Assembly: GCA_963765495.1 (NCBI GenBank)
Contig: CAVXWP010000002.1
Span: forward strand, 416,001 to 480,000
Length of the DNA stretch: 64,000 nucleotides
DNA from: Blastocatellia bacterium
GTDB lineage: Bacteria > Acidobacteriota > Blastocatellia > UBA7656
Direction of reading: 5' to 3'
Below are positions 1-11,672 of the stretch, one piece after another. The notes beneath the pieces were generated by a model, which worked only from the letters and a program-made list of their open reading frames with translations, had not been told where the DNA came from and searched no databases. Made by a program: the position numbers and the translations under genes. Positions within the stretch are counted from its first letter, which is position 1, and the number at the start of each line of letters is the position of its first letter.

Positions 1-130
1 AAAACTTTTCTCGTAACTGGATCAGCGTAGCCCCACCCTCGGCCATCCGTTCGACCTGTTCGGCGTGCGAAAGGCCGCTCAAACGCAAGTCTGTGATGGA
101 ATAGATTTTTGGGAGGGGGAGGCTCATCAT
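1..130 (-). CDS. thiE: Thiamine-phosphate synthase, N-terminal part (runs off window)
   Basis: Manual translation from ATG at 130: MMSLPLPKIYSITDLRLSGLSHAEQVERMAEGGATLIQLREK. Has the ThiE N-terminal pattern Y.ITD...GG...(I/V)QLREK. Confidence 0.8.
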   Translation of the reverse strand, partial: MMSLPLPKIYSITDLRLSGLSHAEQVERMAEGGATLIQLREKF

Positions 131-168
131 CGCAAATTACAGCGCCAAATAGGAGAGTCGGATTTTTC

Positions 169-243
169 TGACGGGATTAACAAGGCTCCTAAAGAATGGA
201 CAAAAATCATGGCTAATCCAAGCTAATTCTGTTAATCCTGTCA
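169..243. repeat. Inverted repeat of the ACAGGATT(T/A) 9-mer family downstream of accC
   Basis: tgacgggattaaca (169-182) pairs with tgttaatcctgtca (230-243). Related to 54655-54710. Confidence 0.7.
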
Positions 244-261
244 AAGTCTTTTTCACCCTGG

Positions 262-1626
262 CTAGATGCCGCGTTTTGCCGAAGTCTTGCTTTTTGCAAA
301 CCGCTCCATGAACTTTGTAGAAAGGTTTCCGGCTACAAAATCCGGGTCGGCAAGTATCTGCTGATGAACGGGAACAGTCGTTTCTATGCCTTCGATTATC
401 ATCGCTTCAAGCGCCCGACGCATCCGGGCAATTGCCAGTTCGCGCGTATGGTGATGCACTATGAGTTTTGCAACCAGCGAATCGTAATGCGGTGGCACTA
501 CCCAGCCGGGATAGGCCGCTGTGTCTACGCGCACGCCGGGGCCGCCGGGAATGTTGAAAGCCGTAATTCGACCCGGCGATGGCGTAAAGGTCACGGGAGA
601 TTCGGCGTTGATTCTGCACTCAATCGCGTGACCTCTGAAGGTTATGTCATCCTGTTTGAATCGAAGATGCTCGCCTGCGGCAACCTGTATCTGCTCTCGG
701 ACCAGATCGGTGTCGGTCACCATCTCCGTGACGGGATGCTCGACCTGTATTCGGGTATTCATCTCCATGAAGTAATAGTTTTGATCCTGATCGAGCAGAA
801 ACTCTATTGTGCCGGCGTTGGCATAGCCGATTTCCTGGCAGGCGCGCACGGCTGTTTCGCCCATCTTCTGTCTCAGTTCCGGCGTGAGCACAGGCGAAGG
901 AGACTCTTCGATGAGCTTTTGATGCCGCCGCTGAATCGAGCATTCGCGTTCACCCAGATGCAGAACATTTCCGTGCTCGTCGGCCAGCACCTGTATCTCG
1001 ATGTGGCGCGCAATCTCTATGTATTTCTCTATATAAACGGCCGGGTTATCGAAAGCGATCTGAGCTTCCTGTTGAGCGGCGGGAAGCGATGTCAACAACT
1101 CCTCTTTGTCGCGCACGATGCGCATGCCTCGCCCGCCTCCGCCTGCTGATGCCTTGATTATCACCGGGTAGCCGATTTCACCGGCAATCCCTATAGCCTC
1201 GTCCTCACTCTGGATGATTCCGTCAAAGCCCGGCGTGATGGGAACACCGGCAGCCTTCATGGACGCGCGTGCCTGAGCTTTATCGCCCATCAATCTTATG
1301 CTCTGGGGGCTCGGGCCGATGAATTTGATGTTGCAGGCTTCGCATACCTCCGCAAAGTACGCGTTTTCGGCCAGAAAGCCGTAGCCGGGATGTATGGCGT
1401 CTACGTTTGTGACCTCCGCAGTAGAGATTACCTGTGGGATGTTCAGATAGCTTTTCGAGGATGGCGGCGGGCCTATGCAGAAGGCCTCATCGGCAAAACG
1501 CACATGCAGCGAATCGCGGTCGGCTTCGCTGTAGACGGCAACTGTGCGGATGCCCATTTCCTTGCAGGCCCAGATGATCCGCGTGGCAATTTCGCCTCGA
1601 TTGGCTATAAGAATTTTCTTAAACAT
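262..1626 (-). CDS. accC: Acetyl-CoA carboxylase biotin carboxylase subunit
   Basis: [14 protein letters not shown] start, [44 protein letters not shown]. Confidence 0.98.
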   Translation of the reverse strand: MFKKILIANRGEIATRIIWACKEMGIRTVAVYSEADRDSLHVRFADEAFCIGPPPSSKSYLNIPQVISTAEVTNVDAIHPGYGFLAENAYFAEVCEACNIKFIGPSPQSIRLMGDKAQARASMKAAGVPITPGFDGIIQSEDEAIGIAGEIGYPVIIKASAGGGGRGMRIVRDKEELLTSLPAAQQEAQIAFDNPAVYIEKYIEIARHIEIQVLADEHGNVLHLGERECSIQRRHQKLIEESPSPVLTPELRQKMGETAVRACQEIGYANAGTIEFLLDQDQNYYFMEMNTRIQVEHPVTEMVTDTDLVREQIQVAAGEHLRFKQDDITFRGHAIECRINAESPVTFTPSPGRITAFNIPGGPGVRVDTAAYPGWVVPPHYDSLVAKLIVHHHTRELAIARMRRALEAMIIEGIETTVPVHQQILADPDFVAGNLSTKFMERFAKSKTSAKRGI

Positions 1627-1703
1627 GCGTTCTTCACTAAAGGACTTTTGTGATTACAAAACCGGACGAGCGAGTATCCCTTCCCGCCCGTGTTGCAAAT
1701 CTA

Positions 1704-2204
1704 TTATTGCACCTTTATTCCAAAAAGCGGCTGACCAAACTCGACGGCCTGACCGTTTTCTACGAATATCTTTGCCACCTCGCCCGTTACCTCGGCGTGG
1801 ATTTCATTCATCAGTTTCATGGCTTCGATAATGCAAACAACCGTCTCGTACTCTACGCTGTCGCCTATCCTTACGAATGGTTCAGAGGTTGGCGAGGCTG
1901 CGCGATAGAAGGTCCCGACTATTGGCGATTTGATGATGTGCAGCTCCGGGTTGGGCTCACTGGTTTGAGATGAAGCGACCGATTGAGCAGGCGCGGCGGC
2001 AATGAGTTGCGAACCGGGTTCGGTTGCGGCGGCCTCGCTCACCGCCACGGGTGAAAGACTTACTTGCGGGGTTTGAGCCGCCGGCCCTGCCTGCCTTGAT
2101 GACCGCGAGATGCGCAATCGAAGCCCCTGGCGCTCAAGCTCGAACTCTGCAAATCCCTTTTCCGCTATCAACTCTATTAACTCTTTGAGTTCGTTCAGGT
2201 CCAT
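1704..2204 (-). CDS. accB: Biotin carboxyl carrier protein
   Basis: [10 protein letters not shown] and EAMKLMNEI biotinylation motif; adjacent to accC. Confidence 0.98.
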   Translation of the reverse strand: MDLNELKELIELIAEKGFAEFELERQGLRLRISRSSRQAGPAAQTPQVSLSPVAVSEAAATEPGSQLIAAAPAQSVASSQTSEPNPELHIIKSPIVGTFYRAASPTSEPFVRIGDSVEYETVVCIIEAMKLMNEIHAEVTGEVAKIFVENGQAVEFGQPLFGIKVQ

Positions 2205-2274
2205 CCTGGCCTCTCCTCTTCTGATTTGATCCTCGCTCAGGTTGTAGCAAGGATGTACAAGGGTTAAGAAGCAA

Positions 2275-2301
2275 GAGCCTCAACCGCGAAGGCTGAGGCT
2301 C
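2275..2301 (-). terminator. Probable intrinsic terminator of the alpha operon
   Basis: Minus strand gagcctcagcc-ttcgc-ggttgaggctc followed by ttgcttctt, downstream of rplQ. Confidence 0.65.
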
Positions 2302-2422
2302 CCAATTGTTACTTGAAGGCGGATTGCCAAACCACACATGCAAGCTTGCGCTTCGCCTTCGGCCTCCCGATACAGATGTCAGAAAATTCGGCAAAGGCGC
2401 TTATACCGCCCGCAGCCCCGGC

Positions 2423-2944
2423 CTATTCTTCTTTACGGCCGAGACCAAAGAAGCGACGCTTCTTCTTCTCTTGCTTCTCTTCCGACACTGTCTCCTTAGA
2501 TTCGCTGCCTATCAACTCGATCAGAGCCATCTCGGCCCCGTCGCCTTTTCGCGGGCCGAGTTTTAGGATGCGAATGTATCCGCCGGGTCTTTCTGCATAA
2601 CGGGTGGCTATCTCATCGAAGAGTTTATTAAGAGCAAACACGCCCGCCGTTCGAGGCGCGCGGGGCCGCTTGTATCCGCCATCCGGCACGCGATTGGTGT
2701 TGCCTGAATAGAAATAGGCCGAAGCCAGGCGGCGCGCGTGAAGCGCTTTTTCGGGCGAATCGGCGGCAAGCCCCCGCTTGCCAAGCGTTATCACCTTTTC
2801 GGCGAAAGGCCGAAGCTCTTTCGCTTTCGGAAGCGTTGTAATCAATCGCTCGTGCTCGATGAGCGAAGTGCAAAGATTGCGCAAGACCGCGGCCCTGTGT
2901 GCCGATGTGCGCCCCAGTTTTCGGTGAGCAACTTTGTGTCGCAT
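2423..2944 (-). CDS. rplQ: 50S ribosomal protein L17 (with internal insertion)
   Basis: [50 protein letters not shown]; follows rpoA. Confidence 0.97.
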   Translation of the reverse strand: MRHKVAHRKLGRTSAHRAAVLRNLCTSLIEHERLITTLPKAKELRPFAEKVITLGKRGLAADSPEKALHARRLASAYFYSGNTNRVPDGGYKRPRAPRTAGVFALNKLFDEIATRYAERPGGYIRILKLGPRKGDGAEMALIELIGSESKETVSEEKQEKKKRRFFGLGRKEE

Positions 2945-3031
2945 TCTATCTACCCCTCTTAGTCGCGGATTTCAGACCGGAGACTTGAAATCTTCGGCCC
3001 GCAATCCGAATTCCCCTTTACGCTAGAGATT

Positions 3032-4042
3032 TTATTCGCCGCTGTCTTGTATCAACCGGCCCTGTTCATCGAATTTCATCCCGAGGCTCAAACCCATCAC
3101 CGAGAGAATCTCTTTTATCTCGTTTAGCGATTTGCGCCCGAAATTCTTTGTCTTCAGCATCTCGGGCTCGGATTTTTGAACAAGCTCGCGTATGGTGCGA
3201 ATATCGGCGTTCTTCAGACAGTTGTAGGAGCGCACGGAAAGCTCAAGCTCATCGACCGAGCGGTCCAGGTTTTCGTTGAATTGAATCTTCTGCGCCTCTT
3301 CGCTATCGGCTTCGGCAAGCTCCGGCTCTTCTTCGAAGTTGATAAAAATCTGCATGTGGTCTTTGATCAGCTTGGAAGCAAGACCTATGGAGTTCTCGGG
3401 TTTTACAGAGCCGTTTGTCCATACTTCGATTGTGAGCTTGTCATAATCGGTGTCCTGGCCGAGGCGCGCAGATTCCACCGTGTAGTTGACCTTCTTGACA
3501 GGCGAGTGAACCGAGTCAATAGGGATGTAACCTACGGCGAGGTCCTCGTCGAAATTGCGGTCGGCTGAGACATACCCGCGCCCGCGCTTGAGCCGCATCT
3601 CGATTGTGAGTGAGCCGCCCTCCGAGATAGTAGCGATATGTACGTTCGGGTCGAGTATTTCGACTTCCGAATCGGCTTCGATCTCGCCCGAAAGCAGCGC
3701 CCCGGCCACATTGCGCTCGACACGCAGGGTCTTGGGACCGGCTCCGTGCAATTTGAATGGTATGCGCTTGAGGTTGAGTATTATGTCTGTCGCATCCTCG
3801 ACGACGCCGGGGATCGAAGAGAACTCATGCAGTACGCCTTCGATTTTCACAGCCGTGATGGCCGCACCCTCGATTGAGGAGAGCAAGGCGCGGCGCAGGC
3901 AGTTGCCTATCGTGGTGCCAAACCCTCGCTCGAACGGCTGAGCGTAGAATTTGCCGTAGCGCCCGGTGAGTGTTTCAGTCTCACATGCGAGGCGCTTGGG
4001 CCTCTGAAAACCGATCATGAATTGAGTTTCTGTTCCGTCCAT
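3032..4042 (-). CDS. rpoA: RNA polymerase alpha subunit
   Basis: [27 protein letters not shown], alpha[15 protein letters not shown]...[10 protein letters not shown]. Confidence 0.99.
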   Translation of the reverse strand: MDGTETQFMIGFQRPKRLACETETLTGRYGKFYAQPFERGFGTTIGNCLRRALLSSIEGAAITAVKIEGVLHEFSSIPGVVEDATDIILNLKRIPFKLHGAGPKTLRVERNVAGALLSGEIEADSEVEILDPNVHIATISEGGSLTIEMRLKRGRGYVSADRNFDEDLAVGYIPIDSVHSPVKKVNYTVESARLGQDTDYDKLTIEVWTNGSVKPENSIGLASKLIKDHMQIFINFEEEPELAEADSEEAQKIQFNENLDRSVDELELSVRSYNCLKNADIRTIRELVQKSEPEMLKTKNFGRKSLNEIKEILSVMGLSLGMKFDEQGRLIQDSGE

Positions 4043-4129
4043 TTATTCCTCTCAAAAGCAGTTGAGGGGCCGGACAGCCACAACCGCCCTCGCGATTGAG
4101 CACTTTCCGGCCAGCAGCCCTTAATTCGA

Positions 4130-4771
4130 TTACTTGGAATAAAGCTCGACTATAAGCTGTTCGTTAATGTTCTGCCCGATATCTTCGCGGCGCGGCAGAG
4201 ACACGACCCGTCCGCGCATCTCGTCAGGAGAAGTAATCTCAAGCCAGGCGGGACGACCGCGACCAGAGGCGGTCTGAAACGCGCTCTGGATGTGGATGTT
4301 GGAGCGGCTGCCCTCTCGCACAGAAACATCGTCTCCGACCTTCACCTGAAAGCTTGGGATGTTAACCGACCTGCCATTGACCGTGATGTGGCCGTGATTG
4401 ACCAGCTGACGGGCCTGCGCCCGCGAGGTGGCGAATCCGAGGCGATAAACAGCGTTATCGAGCCTGCGTTCGAGAAGCGCGAGCAGATTTTCGCCCGTCA
4501 CGCCTTTCATCCGCACGGCCCGCTCGAAGTAGAGCCGGAACTGGCGCTCCAACATGCCGTAAATACGCTTGACTCTCTGTTTTTCACGGAGCTGCTGACC
4601 ATAGCCGATCAGAGCCTTTGGACGGCGAGCATTGCGGCCGTGCTGTCCGGGCGGCTGGGTGCCGCGTTTTTCGATGGGGCAACTCGGTTTATAGCACCGC
4701 TCCCCTTTCAAAAACAATTTCATTCCTTCCCGGCGGCACAGTCTGCACACCGGACCACGATATCTTGCCAC
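4130..4771 (-). CDS. rpsD: 30S ribosomal protein S4 (Zn-binding, GTG start)
   Basis: [38 protein letters not shown]. Confidence 0.99.
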   Translation of the reverse strand: MARYRGPVCRLCRREGMKLFLKGERCYKPSCPIEKRGTQPPGQHGRNARRPKALIGYGQQLREKQRVKRIYGMLERQFRLYFERAVRMKGVTGENLLALLERRLDNAVYRLGFATSRAQARQLVNHGHITVNGRSVNIPSFQVKVGDDVSVREGSRSNIHIQSAFQTASGRGRPAWLEITSPDEMRGRVVSLPRREDIGQNINEQLIVELYSK

Positions 4772-4944
4772 TTTCTTCCTCCATCTACTGCCCGAAGCCT
4801 TTCGGTCTCCGGGTCCAGCAAAAGTTTACAAACAGGAGAAGACGATCTTTCGGATCGGCCTCATCTGTCCTTCTTCCTTTAAAACGCGCGTGCGGGGGAA
4901 CGGCTCGCGCCATCCTCCCGACCACAATATGCGCTTGAACGTTA

Positions 4945-5352
4945 TTACACTCTGCGACGTTTCGGAGGCCGGCACCCGTTATGCGGTATCGGAGTCACGT
5001 CGCGTATAAGCCTGACTTCGATGCCGGCCGATTGAATGGCTCGAACAGCCGACTCGCGGCCCGAACCCGGTCCTTTCACTCTTACCTCAGCAGTCTGCAT
5101 CCCCATATCGCGGGCGGCCTGGGCTGCGCGCGATGCAGCCTGTTGAGCCGCAAACGGAGTCCCCTTGCGCGACCCTCTGAAGCCAAGCGCCCCGGCCGAT
5201 GACTGGCCTATCAGATTGCCTTCAAGATCGGTGATAGAGATCAGTGTATTGTTGAAGGTCGCCTGGATGTGAACTATTCCTTGCGGGACCATGCGCCGCT
5301 CTTTTCGCTTGAACGCCTTCTTTTTGCCGCCTTTTGTTTGTCCTTTTGCCAT
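4945..5352 (-). CDS. rpsK: 30S ribosomal protein S11
   Basis: [32 protein letters not shown]. Confidence 0.99.
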   Translation of the reverse strand: MAKGQTKGGKKKAFKRKERRMVPQGIVHIQATFNNTLISITDLEGNLIGQSSAGALGFRGSRKGTPFAAQQAASRAAQAARDMGMQTAEVRVKGPGSGRESAVRAIQSAGIEVRLIRDVTPIPHNGCRPPKRRRV

Positions 5353-5356
5353 AAAT

Positions 5357-5445
5357 CAGTGTCCAGTGATCAGTAGTCAGTAACCAGTGAGCCGTAGCAG
5401 TGAAGAAGAATCTTACTGACCAGGGGCCACCGGGCACTGACCACC
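5357..5445. repeat. Degenerate CAGTGGT-type 7-mer inverted repeat (rpsM-rpsK spacer)
   Basis: cagtgtc cagtgat cagtagt cagtaac cagtgag ... actgacc aggggcc accgggc actgacc. Confidence 0.6.
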
Positions 5446-5449
5446 GATT

Positions 5450-5833
5450 TTATTTCTTGCCCGGCGCTTTCTTTTTAGCAACCGTCATACGGCGCGGGCC
5501 TTTTCGAGTGCGAGCGTTTGTGTGAGTGCGCTGACCGCGAACCGGCAGTCCACGTCTGTGGCGTAGCCCGCGATAGCATCCAATGTCCATCAATCGCTTG
5601 ATGTCCATCTGGATCTGTTTGCGCAAATCGCCTTCGACCAAGCCTTGCTGGTCTATGATCGAGCGAATGCGATTGACCTCTTCTTCGCTCAATTCGCGTA
5701 TGCGCTTATCAATGCTGATACCGGCTTCGCCCAGTATCTTGTTGGCGCGCGAACGCCCTATGCCGTAAATGTATGTGAGACCGATTTCAGCCCTCTTATT
5801 GGCCGGAAGGTCTACGCCTGAAATGCGTGCCAT
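5450..5833 (-). CDS. rpsM: 30S ribosomal protein S13
   Basis: [38 protein letters not shown]. Confidence 0.99.
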   Translation of the reverse strand: MARISGVDLPANKRAEIGLTYIYGIGRSRANKILGEAGISIDKRIRELSEEEVNRIRSIIDQQGLVEGDLRKQIQMDIKRLMDIGCYRGLRHRRGLPVRGQRTHTNARTRKGPRRMTVAKKKAPGKK

Positions 5834-5875
5834 AATCCTCCGTAAACCGCGAACCCGAAAGCTCCGGGAGGCAGC

Positions 5876-5989
5876 TTAGCCCTGCCTCTGTTTGTGTTTC
5901 GGGTTGGTGCAGATCACGCGCACCACTCCCTTGCGGTGAATAATTTTACAGTTGTCGCAAATCTTCTTAACCGAAGCCCTGACTTTCAT
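5876..5989 (-). CDS. rpmJ: 50S ribosomal protein L36 (Zn-ribbon type; not in the ORF track)
   Basis: Manual translation [37 protein letters not shown]. Confidence 0.98.
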   Translation of the reverse strand: MKVRASVKKICDNCKIIHRKGVVRVICTNPKHKQRQG

Positions 5990-6054
5990 GTCTAACCTTC
6001 CCTTCCCGTGACGCGAGCGCTAGAGCAGGAAAATCCTGTGCGCAAGAAACAGCT

Positions 6055-6084
6055 ATTTTAACATCACGGAGCCGGTGTGCGCAA
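6055..6084 (-). promoter_or_regulatory. Putative sigma70 promoter for the rpmJ-rpsM (alpha) operon
   Basis: Minus strand TTGCGC-18 nt-TAAAAT with TG extended -10. Confidence 0.5.
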
Positions 6085-6095
6085 CCTGATCGAGA

Positions 6096-6872
6096 TCAGG
6101 CCACATTTCGATCCAATTCCGTCTCCTCAAGCGTGGTCAGTATCTGCGGCCCGTCTTCGGTCACGGCTACCGTGTGCTCGAAATGCGCTGACGGGCGGCC
6201 GTCAAGGGTAATCACGGTCCATCCATCTGAGAGGACTTTTACATCGTGCCTGCCAAGATTGATCATCGGCTCGATTGCAATCACCCATCCTGCGCGCAGA
6301 GGTTTCCCCGTTCCCGGTGTGCCGTAGTTTGGAACCTGCGGTTCTTCGTGCATGGCCCGGCCAATCCCGTGCCCGCAATAATTCTGGACTACAGAATAAC
6401 CGAGCGGTATGACATATGATTCGACGGCGTTACAGACATCGCCCAGCCGGTTCCCTACGTGACATCTGGATATCGCCTCGTAAAGCGACTGGCGAGTCGC
6501 CTCCATAAGCTTTTTCACCTCTTCGCTGATGTTTCCCACCGGCACCGTAACAGCCGAATCGCCCACATATCCCAGATATGTCGCGCCGCAGTCTATGCCG
6601 ATGATGTCGCCTTCTCGCAATCTGCGATTACCCGGTATCCCGTGGACGACCTCATCATTCACCGATGTGCAAATCGAAGCCGGATATCCGCAATACCCCT
6701 TAAAGGTCGGTATCGCTCCCGCATCGCGGATCATTTTTTCGGCTTCATGATCCAGATCCCGGGTTGTGACACCAGGCTCGACAATAGAAGAGAGACGAGC
6801 AAGCACAGCGGCAACAATACGACCCGCTTTGCGCATCTTCTCAATCTCAGCTTTTGACTTCCGAATGATCAT
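6096..6872 (-). CDS. map: Methionine aminopeptidase type I
   Basis: Start moved to [14 protein letters not shown] (ATG 6872); [42 protein letters not shown]. Confidence 0.97.
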   Translation of the reverse strand: MIIRKSKAEIEKMRKAGRIVAAVLARLSSIVEPGVTTRDLDHEAEKMIRDAGAIPTFKGYCGYPASICTSVNDEVVHGIPGNRRLREGDIIGIDCGATYLGYVGDSAVTVPVGNISEEVKKLMEATRQSLYEAISRCHVGNRLGDVCNAVESYVIPLGYSVVQNYCGHGIGRAMHEEPQVPNYGTPGTGKPLRAGWVIAIEPMINLGRHDVKVLSDGWTVITLDGRPSAHFEHTVAVTEDGPQILTTLEETELDRNVA

Positions 6873-6891
6873 AACAACGAGTCTTCCAGCC

Positions 6892-7635
6892 TCAAGCCCT
6901 CTCCACTTCGGTGTCTTCTCTATCGTGAGCTGGGGCATGAACGGCATCCTGTACGGATTGACTGCCACAGGAGGCCGACATCTGCTCCTCCCCATTTGCA
7001 ACCTCGGCGATTCGGTCAAACACCTCAAGAGGCGACCCTGTTCCTATCACTTTATGCAGCCGACCGGATTTTTCATAGTAATCCAGAAGCGGCAGTGTCT
7101 TTTCATCGTATAATGCCAGCCGTTGGGCTATCGCCTCTTCATAATCATCCGCCCGCTTCACAAGCAATTGCCCATCCAGATCGCATATGCCTTCCTGCTT
7201 GCTCGGGTTGAACTCTACGTGATAAGTCGAACCGCAGGTATTGCACGTGAGCCGACCCGCGAGACGGCTGTGAAGCAATTCGCGCGGAACAACTATTTCG
7301 ATGACGATAATGCGATGTCCCTGGGCCTGCGCGATTCTCTCAAGCAGACGGGTTTGAGGCAATGTCCTCGGGAATCCATCCAAAACATATCCGCCTTCAC
7401 AATCACTCTTGCTCGTGCGCTCACTGACCACTTTGGCAAGTATGTCATCCGACACAAGCTGACCCGAAGCGAGTATGCTTCGCACCTGATCGCCAAGGGG
7501 GGTATCGGCGCGGGCCACTTCGCGCAGCATATCGCCCGTAGCGACAATCGGCAGATTAAAGCGCTCTGCCAGCATTTTCGCCTGTGTGCCCTTTCCTGCC
7601 CCCTGGGGTCCTATTAAGACGATTATACACGGCAT
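6892..7635 (-). CDS. adk: Adenylate kinase (Zn-LID type, C-terminal extension)
   Basis: [25 protein letters not shown]...CDLD; follows secY. Confidence 0.97.
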   Translation of the reverse strand: MPCIIVLIGPQGAGKGTQAKMLAERFNLPIVATGDMLREVARADTPLGDQVRSILASGQLVSDDILAKVVSERTSKSDCEGGYVLDGFPRTLPQTRLLERIAQAQGHRIIVIEIVVPRELLHSRLAGRLTCNTCGSTYHVEFNPSKQEGICDLDGQLLVKRADDYEEAIAQRLALYDEKTLPLLDYYEKSGRLHKVIGTGSPLEVFDRIAEVANGEEQMSASCGSQSVQDAVHAPAHDREDTEVERA

Positions 7636-7643
7636 AGGGATTC

Positions 7644-9098
7644 TCACATGCTACAACGGCCGCGCATGCGACGACCTCTCGGCCCCATAAATCCATCGTA
7701 GTGACGCATGATGAGTTGGGACTCGATCTGGTTCATGGTGTCCATCGCCACGCCGACAACGATCAGCAGGCTTGTGCCACCGAAATAGAAGTTCACACCT
7801 ACGCCCGTCGTGAGCCAGGAAGTTAACGGGTTTGATCGCAGCAGGTTATCAACAGACTGACCGATCCACGGAAGATACTGAAACTGAAAGCCTCCGGTCA
7901 TGATCTGCGGCAACAGGGCAACCAGGGCCAGATATATCGCGCCCACGGTCGTCAATCGCGTTAGAATCTCGTTCAGATAATCCGCCGTGCGCTTGCCGGG
8001 TCGAATGCCCGGTATAAAGGCTCCGTTCTTACGTAAATTGTTGGCCACTTCATCCGTGTTGAAGATGATCGACACATAAAAGAACGTGAAGAAAATGATG
8101 GCCGTAGTATAGATCAGCATGTGCAGCGGATGCGAAGAGTTGGTCATCTCCTGCGCAAAGGTTGCAAGCCAGCCCCTCCAACTCCCCGAGGTCGGATCGG
8201 TAGCCCCCAAAAAACCCAGAATAGTCTGGGGGAAGGCCAGTATCGAAGCGGCAAAGATCACCGGGATGACTCCGCCGATGTTTACTTTCAGCGGCATGTG
8301 AGTCTGCTGCTGCGGTATCGACTGGCGACCGACCATTCGGCGCGCGTGGTTGATCGGAACCTTGCGGTAGCCGCGCTCGATAAAGACAATACCCGCGATG
8401 ACAAGTATCATCGCTATTATAAGGGCTATTACGCCGAGCGCCTGCCCGGTGCCGCCGCCGGTCAGCTTTTCGTAAATCGACGAAACCGCAGACGGCAGCC
8501 TCAGCACGATTCCGGCAAAGATGATCAAGCTTATGCCGTTGCCTACGCCACGTTCGGTGATCTGTTCGCCCAGCCACATGATAAAGGTAGTGCCGGTTGT
8601 AAGAGTAAGCATCGTCAACGCGATAAAGCTCACGCCCGGATTTGGCACAAGCGACCCGGTAGCGGTCTGCTGGTTTTGCAGCCAGTAGGCGATGCCAAAC
8701 GATTGTATCGAGCAGAGCAAGACCGTCAGGTAACGGGTGTATTGTGTGATCTTCCGGCGTCCGAGTTCCCCTTCTTCCTGAAGCGCCTTGAGTCGGGCGC
8801 TCACGGTCGTCATCAACTGCAAGATGATTGACGCTGTGATGTAGGGGGTGATGCCAAGCGCAAAGATCGAGACCACCTTGAAGTTGCCGCCCGAAAAAAG
8901 ATCGAGGACACCGGCAAGGCTGCGCTGCAATTCGCCGGTATTCCACAGATTGGCGAGCGCGTCAGCATCGATACCGGGCGTGCGCACGTGCGAGCCGATA
9001 CGATAAACCCCAAGCATTGCAAGCGTAAAGAGTATGCGCTTGCGCAGATCGGGCACGGCAAAGACATTGCGTATGCTATTAATAAAATTCTCTAGCAT
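7644..9098 (-). CDS. secY: Preprotein translocase subunit SecY
   Basis: [58 protein letters not shown]. Confidence 0.99.
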   Translation of the reverse strand: MLENFINSIRNVFAVPDLRKRILFTLAMLGVYRIGSHVRTPGIDADALANLWNTGELQRSLAGVLDLFSGGNFKVVSIFALGITPYITASIILQLMTTVSARLKALQEEGELGRRKITQYTRYLTVLLCSIQSFGIAYWLQNQQTATGSLVPNPGVSFIALTMLTLTTGTTFIMWLGEQITERGVGNGISLIIFAGIVLRLPSAVSSIYEKLTGGGTGQALGVIALIIAMILVIAGIVFIERGYRKVPINHARRMVGRQSIPQQQTHMPLKVNIGGVIPVIFAASILAFPQTILGFLGATDPTSGSWRGWLATFAQEMTNSSHPLHMLIYTTAIIFFTFFYVSIIFNTDEVANNLRKNGAFIPGIRPGKRTADYLNEILTRLTTVGAIYLALVALLPQIMTGGFQFQYLPWIGQSVDNLLRSNPLTSWLTTGVGVNFYFGGTSLLIVVGVAMDTMNQIESQLIMRHYDGFMGPRGRRMRGRCSM

Positions 9099-9132
9099 GG
9101 GCTTGAACCTTTAATAAACGATGGAGGTGGAT

Positions 9133-9615
9133 TTACTCACCGCCGGCAGTTGAGGAAACCAGCGAAGCCGTGCCGCCCGCAGCTTCGATCTTTTCGCGCG
9201 CGCTCTTGCTGAAGCGATGCGCAGAGACATTGACTGCCCGGGTCAACTCGCCCCGGCCCAGGACAACCACGCCGTATGCGCGGGCAAGCTGGCCCTTCTT
9301 TATGAGACCGCGTTCTACGAGAAGCTCGGGCGTGATCTCATCAACACCTTCGAATCTCTCTCCGAGGTCAGAGAGATTGATTTCGACCCACTCTTTCTTA
9401 AATATATTTGTAAAGCCGCGCTTGGGCAGCCTGCGCTGGAGCGGCATCTGCCCGCCCTCAAACCCGGGACGGCTCGAATAGCCCGAACGCGATTTCTGGC
9501 CCTTGTGACCGCGCCCCGAGGTCTTCCCAAGCCCGGAGCCCGGCCCGCGACCCACTCGCTTCTTATTCTTGTTTGCGCCCTTCGGCGCTCCGATGTTGTG
9601 TATACCTAGTGCCAT
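9133..9615 (-). CDS. rplO: 50S ribosomal protein L15
   Basis: [44 protein letters not shown]. Confidence 0.98.
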   Translation of the reverse strand: MALGIHNIGAPKGANKNKKRVGRGPGSGLGKTSGRGHKGQKSRSGYSSRPGFEGGQMPLQRRLPKRGFTNIFKKEWVEINLSDLGERFEGVDEITPELLVERGLIKKGQLARAYGVVVLGRGELTRAVNVSAHRFSKSAREKIEAAGGTASLVSSTAGGE

Positions 9616-9640
9616 TAGAAACTCCACAGGCCTCTTTAAC

Positions 9641-9673
9641 CTCAGATTTGAGATTTCAAATCTGAGATTTCAG
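9641..9673. repeat. GATTTGA/AATCTCA 7-mer palindromic element
   Basis: ctcagatttgagatttcaaatctgagatttcag. Same family at 13041-13072, 13833-13868 and 39793-39831. Confidence 0.75.
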
Positions 9674-9680
9674 ACGGCTC

Positions 9681-9899
9681 CTATTCGACTATCCGCAGCA
9701 GGTGCGGAGCCTTTGCCACCATCCCGCGCATCGCCGCTGTATCGGGGCGCTCGACTATCTGATTGAGCTTTGTGAGCCCGATGCTGCGCACCAGTATCTT
9801 ATGCGATTTATTTGCCGCGATGGTAGAGCGATACCACTGTATTTTTATCGTCTTCACGTCCGACGAGCCTTTATCGGCGCGCTTTTTGGCCTCTGCCAT
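9681..9899 (-). CDS. rpmD: 50S ribosomal protein L30
   Basis: IKIQWYRSTI...SIGLTKLNQIVERPDT..MRGMVAK; located between rpsE and rplO. Confidence 0.93.
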   Translation of the reverse strand: MAEAKKRADKGSSDVKTIKIQWYRSTIAANKSHKILVRSIGLTKLNQIVERPDTAAMRGMVAKAPHLLRIVE

Positions 9900-10008
9900 A
9901 ATCGTAACTCCTTGTGCTCATCCCGCCTGAAAAGGCTCTTGTAAGACTACCTGTTCAGACCGGCGCTATGCAAATCTCTCGGGGCAAATCCCTTCAGGGC
10001 AACCCCTC

Positions 10009-10512
10009 TCAGGCGGTTTGAATCTCTTCGACGCTTTGCTTGCGCAGCCGCGCCACGGTGGCCGGATCCTTCAGATCGCGTAGTCCCTCAAAGGTTGCGC
10101 GTACCACGTTATGAGGATTCGATGTGCCGATTGATTTGGTCACGACATCGTGCACGCCTACCGATTGCATTATGGCGCGAACCGGGCCGCCCGCGATCAC
10201 ACCCGTGCCTTCGGGCGCAGGCTTCATAAGAACACGACCTGCTCCGAAGACTCCTACCACCTGATGCGGCAGCGTGGAACCTGTGAGCGGAACGCGGATG
10301 AGATTCTTCTTGGCTGCCTCGATGCCCTTCTTTATTGCCAGAGGCACTTCCCGCGCCTTGCCGGAACCGAACCCGACTATGCCGTTTTCGTTGCCGACGA
10401 CTACCAGAGCCGAAAACGACAGATTCTTACCGCCCTTTACCACTTTGGTAACGCGGTTGATTGAAATGACCTGATCTTTAAGATCGAGACCCGATGCATC
10501 TATCCGTTCCAT
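10009..10512 (-). CDS. rpsE: 30S ribosomal protein S5
   Basis: [35 protein letters not shown]. Confidence 0.99.
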   Translation of the reverse strand: MERIDASGLDLKDQVISINRVTKVVKGGKNLSFSALVVVGNENGIVGFGSGKAREVPLAIKKGIEAAKKNLIRVPLTGSTLPHQVVGVFGAGRVLMKPAPEGTGVIAGGPVRAIMQSVGVHDVVTKSIGTSNPHNVVRATFEGLRDLKDPATVARLRKQSVEEIQTA

Positions 10513-10524
10513 AAAACCCCTTAC

Positions 10525-10603
10525 GATTTTGGATTTTGGATTTTAGATTTTGGATTCACGGATTGATCGGCAATCCAAAATCTAAAATCCAAAATCTAAA
10601 ATC
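10525..10603. repeat. GATTTT(G/A) 7-mer inverted repeat, about 32-bp arms
   Basis: gattttggattttggattttagattttggatt ... aatccaaaatctaaaatccaaaatctaaaatc; the right arm overlaps the rplR stop codon. Confidence 0.92.
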
Positions 10604-10962
10604 TAGAATTCCAATCCGCCTTCGCGCGCCCCTTCGGCCAGATTCCTCACGCGTCCATGATAGATATAACCGCCCCGGTCAAAGACCACTCGCGTTATAC
10701 CTTTCTCTTTGGCGCGCTCGGCTATAATCTTGCCGATCTCTTTCGCGGCTGCGACGTTGCCCCCGTAGCGGGTGCGAAAATCAGGCTCTGTTGTAGAGGC
10801 AGACGCTATCGTCTTGCCCGAAGAATCGTCTATCACCTGAGCGTAGATATGATTCAAGCTGCGAAATACCGCAAGGCGCGGGCGCTCGGTCGTGCCCGAA
10901 ATTTTCTTGCGAATCCTCTTATGAACTGCTCGCCGCAATTCGCGGCTCTCTTTCTTAGCCAT
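10603..10962 (-). CDS. rplR: 50S ribosomal protein L18
   Basis: [38 protein letters not shown]. Confidence 0.98.
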   Translation of the reverse strand: MAKKESRELRRAVHKRIRKKISGTTERPRLAVFRSLNHIYAQVIDDSSGKTIASASTTEPDFRTRYGGNVAAAKEIGKIIAERAKEKGITRVVFDRGGYIYHGRVRNLAEGAREGGLEF

Positions 10963-11051
10963 TTTTGTTTTCTCCAAGTCCGCTGATTGCGCAAAGCGTT
11001 ATTATCTCTATTTGCCTCGCGTCACTTCAGCAGCCCGCCAGAGTCTATCTA

Positions 11052-11609
11052 TTACTTCCCGGTCTTGCCCGGTTTGAGCTTCAGTTTCTCATTCGCATAG
11101 CGAACACCCTTGCCCTTGTAGGGATCGGGTCTGCGAAGGCTGCGCATATCGGCTGCCACCTGGCCTACCTGCTGCCGGTCAATTCCTGTGACCGTCAGCG
11201 TGGTCTGATATTGCTGGACGCCCGGTTTGTTCTGACGTTCGATCTTCACATCTATCCCGTTGGGCAAGGGAAATTCTATGGGATGTGAATAGCCCAGGTT
11301 GAATATCACGCGATTCTTCTGCACCTCGACCTTGTAACCTACGCCGACCACGTCAAGCTGGCGGACAAAGCCTTCGCTTACGCCCACGACCGCGTTGTTT
11401 ACGAGCGCCCGCGCAAGACCGTGGAAAGCGGCCTTGTCATCAGACTCGCGCTCGGCGATCAACTGCTCGCCGTCCTGGCGAAAATTGATCCCTTCCGGCA
11501 ACCGGGTCTTGAGCGAGCCTTTTGGCCCGGTCACCTCGACCTCGCCCTCGTTTATGTTGACTTTCACGCCTTTCGGCAACACTATCGGCTTTTTGCCTAT
11601 CCTCGACAT
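11052..11609 (-). CDS. rplF: 50S ribosomal protein L6
   Basis: MSRIGKKPI start (ATG 11609), [19 protein letters not shown]. Confidence 0.98.
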   Translation of the reverse strand: MSRIGKKPIVLPKGVKVNINEGEVEVTGPKGSLKTRLPEGINFRQDGEQLIAERESDDKAAFHGLARALVNNAVVGVSEGFVRQLDVVGVGYKVEVQKNRVIFNLGYSHPIEFPLPNGIDVKIERQNKPGVQQYQTTLTVTGIDRQQVGQVAADMRSLRRPDPYKGKGVRYANEKLKLKPGKTGK

Positions 11610-11672
11610 TTGTCCAACTCCCTGCCCGTAACGCGAGACGAGAACTCGCGTCACGCTCTTAAGTAGACCCGC

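Noticed and set aside
2228-2420. SRP or other ncRNA between rplQ and accB
   Set aside because: No SRP domain IV consensus found. The only clear hairpin is explained as a terminator.
6873-7028. N-terminal extension of Map, and similar extended starts for rplF, rplK, rplJ, patatin and the TonB receptor
   Set aside because: ORF-caller over-extension. Conserved N-termini and/or SD sites point to downstream starts.
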